Below are positions 10,242 to 20,067 of a DNA stretch of 44,430 nt, in pieces. Below the pieces are notes generated by a model that worked only from the letters and a program-made list of their open reading frames with translations, was not told the DNA's origin and searched no databases. Where the stretch lies: positions 97,270 to 141,699 of the forward strand of contig RQSC01001147.1 in NCBI GenBank assembly GCA_013416795.1, in the 5' to 3' direction. The stretch is from Prasinococcaceae sp. CCMP 1430 (lineage: Eukaryota; Plantae; Prasinodermophyta). Numbering within the stretch: position 1 is the first letter of the stretch; each line of letters begins with the position of its first letter. Both the position numbers and the translations under genes were made by a program.

Positions 10242-10793
10242 CTAGAGACTGTCGTCGGAAGTCGCGTCTTGGACGCACACGCCAGCAGTCCCGTTGGCCG
10301 AAGGTGCCTTGCAGCCATGGACGGACACGTCGTGGGCGTTTCTGGTGCAGCGCCCCCTGTAGCCATGGCGCTTTTCGCACCAGTAGTCGGCCTCGCAGCG
10401 CGCGCACAACGGCAAGCGCGGTGCGATGCCGTATTTGAGCTCGGCGTCGTACACACGCTCCTCGATTGCGTCAAGCTCGGCGAGGAGATCGTCCTCACCC
10501 ATCGTGAGGATGCCCTCCAAGCTCACCGTCCGCTTGCCCGAGACGGTGCTCACGCTGAGCGCCGAGTCGCCGTCTTTCGCGCTCCACACCGCCGCCTCCA
10601 CGGTTTTGGAGGGCACCTCGCACAACCCCCGCGCGCCCGCGTGCGTGTCCTCGTAGTCTGTGTGGTACGTGTCCGCGAGCGCATGGCGAGCGAAGAGCGC
10701 GCAGAGCACAAGGAGCGGCCACGCGCCGCGCGCGCCGCCACGCGCGCCACCTCGCGTATGGGCGGGGGGCCTCGAGGCCCCCCGCGCGCGCAT
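10242..10793 (-). CDS. Hypothetical secreted protein with Cys-rich C-terminus (alternative start 10949)
   Basis: Hydrophobic signal-like WPLLVLCALFARHALA/DT, then protein-like composition and six C-terminal Cys. No family recognised. Confidence 0.55.
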   Translation of the reverse strand: MRARGASRPPAHTRGGARGGARGAWPLLVLCALFARHALADTYHTDYEDTHAGARGLCEVPSKTVEAAVWSAKDGDSALSVSTVSGKRTVSLEGILTMGEDDLLAELDAIEERVYDAELKYGIAPRLPLCARCEADYWCEKRHGYRGRCTRNAHDVSVHGCKAPSANGTAGVCVQDATSDDSL

Positions 10794-11606
10794 GGGTCGC
10801 CTGCCCGCTTCAAAGCCCTTCCTACCCCGCCGTTTGAGGCGCTCCGGCACGCGCCGCGCCGCGCGGCGGGCGTGCGCGTACGTGCCGCGCGCGCGCTCTG
10901 CCCCCGCAGGCAGGGCGCCGCGCCGCGGCACTCGGTTGCCGGGGGCCATAGCTCGCGTGCCGCCCGGCCCGCGGGGGAACTCTGAGCGGCGCAACAAAAC
11001 ACGGAGCGCGAAAAGTAGTAGGGATCGGCGGATCGATGGGGTAAAAGCCTTCAAGAATCTATCTTTGCCATTACACACGGGATTCTTGCCGGAACGGAGG
11101 CGATTTTTTTGAAGTCATCGCGCGCGGCGAGCCGGCAGAACAAAAACAATTTCGCGCATTTTTCCTTGAAAGTTCCACGCCTGGAAAAAAGCGGGAGGGG
11201 GGGCCGAGGGGGGAGGGGGGCAGGTCGCCGCCTGTGGTCGAGGCGGTCGCCAGGGGAGCTCGTGGGGTGCGCGCCGCGCGTTCTGCGCGACTCGTGCGTG
11301 TCGTGTATTATCTTATTATTGACGCCGCGTGTGGCTCTGCGCTACTACGTTGCTATTATCGAGGCGCCGCCTGTCGCCACGCCTGCTCGCCGCGGGCAGG
11401 CGGGCAGTGCCGCGATGGATGGTGGGCGTGGCGTCGCGCGCCGCCGTAGGGCAGGCGGCGTGTCAGCACGCGATGCTCGTGCGTGAGAACGGGCAATGGG
11501 ACGCCACGCTTTCGGTCCACCGCGCGCCCCGATCGCCGCGCAGCCACTCGCATTGGCTGCGCGACGCGGCTCAGATAACTACGACACCTGGTTGTCACTC
11601 ACGCGC

Positions 11607-12003
11607 TCAGCATCGGCCAGCAGCCCGCCGCACCGCCGGAGCGGCCGCGGGAGAGGCCGAAGAGAGTTTGGTTGCCCGCAGCCCCCGGCCAAAGACTGGC
11701 TGGTGGGGGCGTGCGGTCAGACTTGTGAATCGTCACCGCCGGCTTTCGCTCCGCCCGCGGCGTGCATGCACATCGCGGCATCGCGGCAACACGCGCAACC
11801 GCGCTCGAGGCGTGTTCCCGTGGGACTTACCTTGCGAAGGCGGCCATGCCACGGCTGCGTCTTTCGCGCCGAGGCCCACCGGGCAGACATCGGACGCGTC
11901 CCGGGAGACGCTCCCTGTGGCGGTGGCAGTTCGGTGCGTGAGCAGGCGCGCGCGCGTCAGCGTCGACGCCTTCGCGCTCGGTCGCCCTCACCCGCTTCTG
12001 CAT
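11607..12003 (-). CDS. Putative small spliced ORF (~62 aa, basic); exons 12003-11992, 11914-11831, 11699-11607
   Basis: Two intron-like segments, each with donor (GTGAGG, GTAAGT), CTGAC and CAG acceptor, join in phase 0 to give MQKRGASPGTRPMSARWASARKTQPWHGRLRKPVFGRGLRATKLSS... No homology recognised; could be non-coding. Confidence 0.3.
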
Positions 12004-13061
12004 CGGTCCCCACGCCCAGCACAAGTTAGGGCGCAGCTGCGCGCGACCCGGTCTGCGCGCCCGCAGCCGCCGCCGCGGGGCAGAGATCTCCCAGGGGTGT
12101 AACGGCGTTCGTGGCACATGTAGCCGCGTCACCTGACTAACCCTGGTTGCGCGCGGGCGCCCGCGCCGCTCCCGCTCGCGCCGCCCCCGGCGAGCGCCTT
12201 CGAGCCGCGCGCCGCGCCGCCCCGCGCGCGCGCTGTGGCATAAGGGCCGCCGCCGCGCCACACCCAAACATCCACCCACCATCAAAACGCATGCGTCGCA
12301 CGCATGCGTTTCGCCATCAACGCACCAGCCAGCGCGCGCGGCGGCGCGGCCCGGCGGCCCGCGCGCGATTGCGATTGACCCGGGTTCGCCCCGGATCTAT
12401 CTGGGGATCGTCCCGTGGACGACGCGCCGCGACCCCCTCCTTAGACCGGGGGACGACGGTGTGGTGCCTCTACCTCTGGTCCGGTCGGGTTGGGGGCGTC
12501 GCAGCGCTCGCGCCCGCCGCCTGCGCGCCTGGCCGCGCCCCCGGGTCGCGCGTCGCGAAGCGCGCCCCGAAAAAGTACCATTAAGGGTTATTAATGATTG
12601 TAGGGTCTACGTTGGTAGGATTTTCGAGTCATCTATATGCGTTGCGGTCCGCGCGGAGGCGGGCGCGTGCCGGGGCGGGGCGCGGGAATGGTTTGGGTCC
12701 GCGGTTGCGCGCGCGCCTTTGGCGCTTTTTTTGCCTTCTTATCCGCCGCGCGCCGCCGCCGCCGCGTCGCGCCACGTCGCCCCCGGCCGGGGGACCGGAG
12801 CGAGGGGCGCGGGGAGGGCGCGCGGCCGCCGAACGCGCGCGCCAGCACACGTTTCGACGAGGACATAAATGTTCATGAATGTTTCATTTATTTCATATGC
12901 GAACGGACTCATTATGAAACGTTCAAGTACATATAGGATGTGGTCGAAACGCAGGCGCGGCCGGCGCGCGCGCGCGGCGGCTGCGTTTTGTCCCGCATGC
13001 GTTTTGATGGCGCGGGGCGGGGGCGCGGGCGCTGGCGAAGTGGGGGTTTTGAGAGCGGCGC

Positions 13062-13705
13062 TCGGACACGTCTGCGATGTCATTCACGCTGGCGCTCAAC
13101 CAGCCGGGGGAGGACTTCGAGGGCGGCGGCACGTGGTTTGAGGTGTGCATGCGTCGGAGTGGGCGTAATTTCATGCGCGTGTGCGCCTGTGCGAATGCGT
13201 CTGCGACGTGCGCGCTTTGTTGATTCCCCCCCTGACGCGTTCGGGCTCCGCGGACCCCGCCCCACCCCACCTCCCTTCCTGCCTCCTCGTGCGCGCGCGC
13301 ACGCTCGCGCAACAGGCGCTCGGCCCGCACGACCCCACGGACGGGTGCACGCCACTGGGGCGGGTCGTCGATGCGGATTGCGGGCATGCGGTAGCGTTCG
13401 CGGGGCCTTTGAGACACGCTGGATACCCTGTGAGGAGGGGCGTTCGGTTCATACTGGTGCTCTTCTTGTACGTCGAAGGGTTTGCCTACGGAGAGTTGCT
13501 ACGCCGCGCGTCAGAAGAGTGTGCACGCGCCGCTGACGCCGAGCCCGAGAGAGGCGCTGCGCGCGCTGACGGCCCGGGCACAGCTCTGAAAGGCGGGGCT
13601 GAGCCCAAGCCCTCCGGCGACATGCCCGGAGGCTTCGTGGTCTACCAGCAGACGACCGATCTGGTCAAGATGCTGAACCGTCGCGTCATGTCGGTGCTCG
13701 ACTGA
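13062..13705 (+). CDS. 2OG-Fe(II) oxygenase (PLOD/P4H-like) domain, apparently 5'-truncated; exons 13062-13142, 13316-13705
   Basis: SDTSAMSFTLALNQPGEDFEGGGTWFE|ALG...GHAVAFAGPLRHAGYPVRRGVRFILVLF matches the 2OG_FeII core (distal His and 2OG-binding Arg). Phase-0 intron 13143-13315; TGTAA at 13721. In-frame TGA at 13050-13052 and R in place of the HxD His. Confidence 0.65.
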
Positions 13706-14012
13706 CACGCGCGCCCCTCGTGTAACGTACTGACTTCTTGCACGCTGTTGGTCGATGGAATCATCACGTGCTCTTACTCTCACCCGCCGGCCGCCGGCGG
13801 CATCTTTGTTGAGGCCGCGCACGCCGAATGCGCGCGCGTGCGCCTGAGTCGCCTGTCGTGCACTAAGCGCGCGCGACCCGAAGTCTCAGCACGGATCAGA
13901 CTGTCGGCGCAACGTCTGTCCGGTCGGGCCGCGCGCGGTGTTTGTCTCCCTCTGGCGCTACTTCTTCCAGGCGGGCATCTCCGCGCACGCCGGCCGTGGG
14001 TCAGCGCGACGG

Positions 14013-15665
14013 TCACTTCGCCCCGCCCCCCTTCGTCGCGTTCCCGTTGGCCGGGGCGGTGGCAGTCACGCTCCCCTCGCGCGACCTCTCCGCCCCCGCG
14101 CGATTGTAGCTCGTGAAAGCGGCCGACGCAGCGAAGAGCTTGGCCGCAGCGGTCGTCGCAGCGGGCTGCGCGGTCGCGGCGTCGTTGGCCGCTGCGCGCT
14201 GCCCGGGCGCGGGCTCGGATCCCGAGGTCGATCCCACGCCGCGCTTGCTGCCCTCGCCACCGTCATTGCCGCTACCGCTTCCTTCGCCCTCGGCGCCGTC
14301 CGACGGCGAGCGCCCTCCGTGGTCGTCGCTGCCGCTGCCGTTGCTGCCACCGCCACCGTCGCCCTTCTTGCTGCGCTCGGCAATGGAGGACGGGGGCGTG
14401 TGGGTTGCCTCGCCGGCCGCGCCCGCGCCTTTTGCGGCGCGCGCGCGCTCGGCGCTGCCGTCGCCCTCGTTGCCGCTGCCATCGCTGCCGTCGTTGCCAC
14501 TGCCGTCACCGCTTCCGCCGCCCTCGTCGTTGCCGCTGCCACTGCCGCACTCGCCGCCGCCGCCGCCGTGCGCCGTGGACTTGGTGGGCGCTCCGCCGCC
14601 GTTGGCGCCCGCGTGCGCGGCAATGCTCGTCCCACCCTTCGAGGCGCCGTTGCCGTTCGCGAGGACGTCGGGTTTCTTCTCGTGCGCGCCCGCGTCCGCG
14701 TCGACGATCGTGCTCTCCTTGCCTCCCGAGCCGTCGGTGTCAGGCGACGCAGACGACCGTCTCTTGGCGCGCTTTGCGGGTCTCTCGGCGTCCGCCGGAG
14801 CGGCGGCCGCGTCTGCGCTCGTGCCCGCGTCGCCTTTGGCAGGCCCTGCCGGCTGAGCCGCGCCGCCCGGCGCTTCTTTGTCCTGCTTTTGGGCGTTCGG
14901 AGCAGCGTGCGCCTGGGCGGCAGGGGCAGAAGCGCCGGCGGTGGGGCCTGGCTTGGTACCCGCCGCGGCGTCCTGCGCGGCCTTGGCGGCCTGCGCCGCC
15001 TGCGCCTGCGCCGCCTGCACGGCCTGCTGCTGGGCGTGCACCTGCGCCTGGACCTGCGCCTGCGCCTGGGCCTGCGCCTGGGCCGCCTGGGCCTGCGCCT
15101 GCGCTTGGGCCTGGGCGTGCGCCGCGTGTGCCTGCTGCATCATGGCCATGTGCTGCTGCATGGCGGCCGCCTGCGCCTGCGGCGCCTGCGCGCCGCTCGC
15201 CGACGCGTACGGGTTTCCCGCCGCCCCGGCCTGCATCCACGGTGCCATGCCTGCGTGCATGCCCACCGGCGGCATGCCTGGCGCGCCCCAAGGCGGGTAC
15301 GCCATGCCGGGCGGCGGCGCGGCGCCCGGCGGCATTCCATAGGGCATCATCGTGGGGGCGGCCACGGCCGCCGCCTGCGCCTGCGCGGCCTGTGCGGCCG
15401 CCTGCGCGTCGCCGCCGGCGGACCCGCCCTCTCCGTTGGCCGCGGCCTGCGCGGCCTGGGGCATGCCTTGCATCATGGCCATCTGTGGGTGGGGCATGCC
15501 CGGCGGCACGCCCATGAAGCCCGTGGCCGCCATCGGGTGCATGACCATCCCCGCGAAGGCGCCATACTGCGCGGGGTGATAGCCCAGCGCTGCCGCCTGC
15601 TGCGCCTGGGCCTGCGCCTGCATGTGCGCTTGCTGCTGCTGCTGCAAGGCTTGCGCGTTCGCCAT
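14013..15665 (-). CDS. Low-complexity Q/A/P/M-rich then G/S/D-rich protein with NLS-like PAKRAKRR; 5' end may be lost at N15692
   Basis: Long open frame with biased composition and GCC/CAG-rich codons; no folded domain recognised. No bZIP or CCT domain found downstream. Confidence 0.7.
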   Translation of the reverse strand: MANAQALQQQQQAHMQAQAQAQQAAALGYHPAQYGAFAGMVMHPMAATGFMGVPPGMPHPQMAMMQGMPQAAQAAANGEGGSAGGDAQAAAQAAQAQAAAVAAPTMMPYGMPPGAAPPPGMAYPPWGAPGMPPVGMHAGMAPWMQAGAAGNPYASASGAQAPQAQAAAMQQHMAMMQQAHAAHAQAQAQAQAQAAQAQAQAQAQVQAQVHAQQQAVQAAQAQAAQAAKAAQDAAAGTKPGPTAGASAPAAQAHAAPNAQKQDKEAPGGAAQPAGPAKGDAGTSADAAAAPADAERPAKRAKRRSSASPDTDGSGGKESTIVDADAGAHEKKPDVLANGNGASKGGTSIAAHAGANGGGAPTKSTAHGGGGGECGSGSGNDEGGGSGDGSGNDGSDGSGNEGDGSAERARAAKGAGAAGEATHTPPSSIAERSKKGDGGGGSNGSGSDDHGGRSPSDGAEGEGSGSGNDGGEGSKRGVGSTSGSEPAPGQRAAANDAATAQPAATTAAAKLFAASAAFTSYNRAGAERSREGSVTATAPANGNATKGGGAK

Positions 15666-15691
15666 TTGTTGGGGGGAGGCCGTGACGGAAG

Positions 15692-15692
15692 N
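15692..15692. other. Single-N scaffold gap, probably of unknown true size
   Basis: N at 15692; a plus-strand coding frame runs right up to it and the minus-strand gene starts 27 nt away on the other side. Confidence 0.8.
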
Positions 15693-17276
15693 GGCGCAGT
15701 CGCCCGCCGCCGCTGGAGGCGCACGCGCGTACGTCTCCGTGCGCGCCGGCGCAGGGCGGGCCATGGGCACCACAGCGGAGGTGCGATCGCCCGCCGCGGG
15801 CGCGCGCGTCTGCGCGCGTCCGGACGCTCGAGCTGGCGTAAGCGCGCAGGGGCGAAAGCGCCCGCCGCTGACACGAATGCGCGCGCGGGAGAGCGGCGCG
15901 CACAGGTCGATAGCGGTGGCGCCGTCGCGTGGGAACAGACCGTACTGATATCGCTGCCGGGCGTGAGCGCTGGCGAGCTGCCTGAGGTGGAGTTCAAAGT
16001 GTGGCTGCTAGGTGCTGAGGGCGGTGGGGCGCGCTGCGCGGGGTTGTGCACGCTACCGCCGCCGAGAGACGCTTGCAGCGGCCCTTCCGACGAGGCGCGC
16101 GTCCCCGTGAATGCACACAGACTCCAAAGCATCGGAAAGCCGTTGAAGGATGCTGGCGCGCCCGAGTTGCTCGCTGGCGTGTGTGTTGCTGCGGCGGACA
16201 GTGATAAAGAGGCTGACGAGGGGGGACGGAAGTATACGCGCCGGCGAAGCTTGGCAGTCCTCCCGTCGGCCGTGCGTGCACGCAAGCTCTCCTTCGAGGA
16301 GGTGGCTGAGCTCAAGAGGACGCTCTCGCGCCAGGACACGACCTCGGAGGTGCCCCTCAGCCCGCACACCAAGGAGGTGCGCGCGGGCAAGTCGGGCGCT
16401 GGTGCTACGAAGCGTACGAGCGCACCAGCACATGAGCACGATCCAAACCACGGCAGCCACGCGGTCATAGAGGGTGTAGGCGCCGCGGCCGCGCATGCAC
16501 GCTCACCGCAGCGGGCGGCTGAGACCACGAAAGAGCCTGCGGGTGGCTCAGTGGGCGCGCCAGAAGGTTCCGGGAGTGGCATTGACAGTACAGAAGGCGG
16601 TGACTCCCTTGCTGGGCCTGACCGCGTCGACAGGGTTGTTGCACAGCTGTTGGCGACGAGCGTGGAGGCCCTTGCCGCAGCGGTCGAGACCGCGCGCGGC
16701 GTGGGCATACGCGAGGAGCAGGCAGCTGCTGCGCGCGCCGCAGTCGCCGAGAACCGCACGCACGCCTCTAGGGAAGAAGCGAATCCTGAGGCTGTGACTG
16801 CTCCTTACACAACTGGTGATGCGCGTGTGGATGCACTCGTGGACGCCGCCGCGGCGGCAGTTGCAGCACACTCCGACGACACGAGGTCGAATTGCGATGG
16901 GCCTACCAGGGAGGCGTCCCCGTTCGCTGAGCCAGCCCAAGTCTCGGCAAGGGATGCGTTGGCCGAGACAGGAGAGCTCCAGGCCGAAGCCGAAATGGCC
17001 AAGACCGAGGAGGGAGCGGAGGCGCGGAAGGCTGCGGAGGCACTGGCGAAAGAGCGCGAGCTAGCCGCGACCGACTTGTCCGAGCCACCGGGAACGCCCC
17101 AGCTCGAAACGAGCATGCATGCGCACGCTGCCGACGCCGACGCTTTCGCGGCGGAGCGCCACCGCCTCGAGGTGCAGGCGTACGCCACTTATTGCAGGTG
17201 GGTGGTAGAGTTGCAGAGACGGGGACCCGCAGATGTTCAGGTGCCACCCTACGTGTCGCCCTACGACCGCGCGTGA
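15693..17276 (+). CDS. Protein with N-terminal C2-like domain and disordered/coiled-coil C-terminus, 5'-partial; exons <15693-15780, 15906-17276
   Basis: AYVSVRAGAGRAMGTTAE|VDSGGAVAWEQTVLI...EVEFKVW resembles the C2 pattern PYVxV..KTxV..GGxNPxWNExFxF. Phase-0 intron 15781-15905 (GTGCGA..CTGAC..CACAG). Confidence 0.62.
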   Translation, partial: GAVARRRWRRTRVRLRARRRRAGHGHHSGGAIARRGRARLRASGRSSWRKRAGAKAPAADTNARAGERRAQVDSGGAVAWEQTVLISLPGVSAGELPEVEFKVWLLGAEGGGARCAGLCTLPPPRDACSGPSDEARVPVNAHRLQSIGKPLKDAGAPELLAGVCVAAADSDKEADEGGRKYTRRRSLAVLPSAVRARKLSFEEVAELKRTLSRQDTTSEVPLSPHTKEVRAGKSGAGATKRTSAPAHEHDPNHGSHAVIEGVGAAAAHARSPQRAAETTKEPAGGSVGAPEGSGSGIDSTEGGDSLAGPDRVDRVVAQLLATSVEALAAAVETARGVGIREEQAAAARAAVAENRTHASREEANPEAVTAPYTTGDARVDALVDAAAAAVAAHSDDTRSNCDGPTREASPFAEPAQVSARDALAETGELQAEAEMAKTEEGAEARKAAEALAKERELAATDLSEPPGTPQLETSMHAHAADADAFAAERHRLEVQAYATYCRWVVELQRRGPADVQVPPYVSPYDRA

Positions 17277-17460
17277 AGACGCGGCCCGGCGCGAGCGCTG
17301 GGAGAGTGATACATAGACACTTACTTCAGCCGTTCGAGTGCGAATGCGCGATGAGTCATTGGTTGCCGGGGGTGCGCGTGCAGGTCAGGATTCCCTGCTA
17401 AGGCCTCTCTACGCAACTCAAACGTCATTAATATAACACCCACCGCTGCGGTCTTCTAAC

Positions 17461-19233
17461 TCATGGGGTCAGAGGTGTCGTGGGCGCAGCGGTGGGTGCC
17501 GCTGTGGGCGACGGCGTCGGGGGCTGGGGCGTGAGGCATGCCCTGGCGGTGTCCTGCCACACATCCGATTGGTACTCGGCGTACAGACCGCAGGCTGCGC
17601 GCCCAGCCATCGGTGGTCGCCACGACACCAATGCGCGTGCGTAGCGCAGCGTTATTAGCATCAGGAGTGCAGGTCACGCATGGGATGCAAGCATTGAGGC
17701 GTGCACGTCGCCGCGGGCGTCAGTCAGCATTGGACATGCGCCGCCCCCCACGCACCTCTGGCCTGGTTGACGACGAGGTTGCAGCATGTGCACCCGTTCG
17801 CCGGCGCGTTAAGATATTCCCACACCCAGTTCAGGCCGGAACGTGGGTTGCACCCCGCCGGAGCGCAGCTGTCCGGGCCCGCGCCGCTGCAGTCCTTGGG
17901 CACGCATTCCGGCTCACTGAAATCGTAGGGGCCGCCGATGACGGGGCAGGGGTCGGCGAAGCAGCTCGTCTCTGGATCGCTTGGATCGAGGCACAGCGCG
18001 TTTTCCGTGATGTTGTTGGCGATATCGTTGAACAGCGAAGCGCACATGTAGCCGGGCCCAGCGAATTGCGCCTTGGAAAGCGTCTCGAGGTCGGGCGCGA
18101 TGGCCGTGCCACTTGAGTCCCTGACGACCGCCGTGTCACATGCGTTCGGCGCGACGCCCTCATCGAAGGCTTCTGCGCAACGTTCGTCCTCACACAGCTC
18201 CGCGAACGCCGTCACGCAATTGGCTGAGCAAACCTCGTTCCAGTCGCGCTCGAGCACCTGGAAGCTCATCGCATTGAAATGCCAAACGCCGCATGCCTTC
18301 GATTTGCGTCGCGTGGAATGCGCGCCACGTCCATCATGGCGGCGTGCGCAGAGCGTTGGGAGATCCGCAGCGAGCGCTTGCGTCAGCGCGGGCAGAATCG
18401 CGCGATCGTGAACGGCCGGCGGTGTCTCGACGTGCAAGCGGCGCAGTGCTGAGCGGCGCCAACCATCCGTCGGATCGACATCGCACCTCGTAGAGCGGCT
18501 TGATGCAAAACTCGAGCGGATTGAAAGCCGTGGGGGCAGCGGTCGGCGCAGCGGTCGGCGCCGTCGTAGGCGCAGCAGTCGGCGCCGTCGTGGGCGCGGC
18601 GGTCGGCGCAGACGTCGGCGCTGCGGTCGGCGCCGTCGTGGGCGCGGCGGTCGGCGCAGACGTCGGCGCGGCGGTCGGCGTTCCCGTTGGTGCACCAGTT
18701 GGAGTCGCCGTTGGTTGGGCAGTCGGTGAAGCAACTGGCGCTGACGTTGGGAACGTGGTGGGGCTCGTGGCCGGCGTCGACGTTGGGAACGTGGTGGGGC
18801 TCGTAGCTGGCGTCGACGTTGGGAAAGTAGTGGGGCTCGTAGCTGGCGTTGGCGTAGAGCCGCTTGGCGAGGTTGTCGGCGAATCGGTGATGAATCCAGG
18901 CGAAGTCGTCGGCGAGAGCGTCTCACCCGTGGGCGCCGTCGTGGGCGACGCCGTGGGGGGCAGAGTGGTCGTGGGCGCACTGGTGGGCGACGTCGTTGGC
19001 GATGTCGTCGGGGGCAGAGTCGTCGTGGGCGCACTGGTGGGCGATACCGTGGGCGACGTCGTGGGGGGCAGGGTGGTCGTGGGCGCAGTCGTCGGCATAA
19101 CTGTCGGTGACAACGTCGCGCCTGCCTGCTGCATGCCCACACCCACCGCAACAGCAATCGCAGCTGCCGCAGCAAGCGTGCGGCGCCTGACGGCGCGCGG
19201 GCGCCCAAAAGGCACGGCCATCGCCACAGCCAT
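17461..19233 (-). CDS. Secreted mucin-like Pro/Thr-repeat glycoprotein with Cys-rich domain, ~460 aa; exons 19233-18487, 18257-17756, 17594-17461
   Basis: Signal-like LAAAAAIAVAVGVG, ~200 aa of PT(T/S/A)APT repeats, then a domain with about 19 Cys and a short PT tail. Both introns are GT-AG and frame-consistent (phases 0 and 1). Confidence 0.82.
18525..19110 (-). repeat. Coding tandem repeats (PTTAPTAA, PTSTPATSPTTF, PTTTLPPTTSPT units)
   Basis: Directly visible degenerate 12-48 nt tandem units in three blocks. Confidence 0.9.
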
Positions 19234-20067
19234 CCTTGCGGCAATCGGGCGGGGCGCGCTTGTGTCTCAGCGTCTGCCGACGCGCTCGAGGACCGCAAGG
19301 GCGTGCACGCGCGTGCAGTGGTGGTCGGGGGGCGGTGTGGCGAGTTCAGGCGCGCTTCCGCCTACACACACGTGCTCCTCGGCCCCCAATGAGTCAACAC
19401 ATTGGGGTACTCAGTCATCAATCTGGGAGATTGCAATTTTTTCCCGCCAAAAAATAGTGGCAAAATTGAGCGTCGCCGAAATTGATTGCGTCACAGTGAC
19501 GTGCGCTGACAGCGAAGTCAAAAAGCAACGGACGCGAAGAAGGCCTTCTCACATGCAGAGACCGGCTGCAGGGCGCCCGCTCCTGGCGCGCCTTCCTTCC
19601 TACGCGACCACGGCCACCAGCCTCGCCGCGGCGCTCGGGGCCTCGAGCGACGCGGCGGCCTTGGCCTTGGTCTTGGGCCTCTTGGGCCTCTTGGCCCCGA
19701 CACGGGCGGTGGCGGTGGCGCTGCTTCAAGAAGTGGAGGAGGCTAGCGGGGGGGGGGGCGGTGCAGCGCATCGCCGCAGCGCCTCGGTCGGTCGGTGAGA
19801 GAACGGAGCACTCGCTCTGCCGCGACCCGGGACGAGCCGGGAGCCGCACTCGGGAGCGCGCGAGAGCCACAACAGGGGTTCCAAAGAAATTGCGGGTAAT
19901 GTGGCGTCGATGCGGAATCCTATGGAATCCAGAGGGGACCAGTCCACACGCGGGCGGGTCGGCGCGTGTCACTCGCTGCGCAGGACCCACCCACCCACCC
20001 CACCCCACCCTTCCTGCCCGCCCGACCTCTGCCGCACCCGCTCTTGTCGCGCGCGCGCGGTTCGGCG

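Noticed and set aside
11329-12102. 257-aa plus-strand ORF ending in TGTAA
   Set aside because: GTG start, Arg-rich shadow-like composition and no motif; the minus-strand splice signals are more convincing, though neither is proven.
13740-14012. bZIP or CCT domain exon downstream of the low-complexity gene
   Set aside because: No basic-region or leucine-zipper pattern seen on the minus strand; it looks like 3' UTR.
13938-17276. 1112-aa plus-strand ORF
   Set aside because: Chimera: antisense of the low-complexity gene up to the N at 15692, then an intron, then the real C2-like gene.
18525-19110. CRISPR-like repeat array
   Set aside because: Repeats are in-frame, degenerate at third codon positions and lack unique spacers; this is eukaryotic coding sequence.
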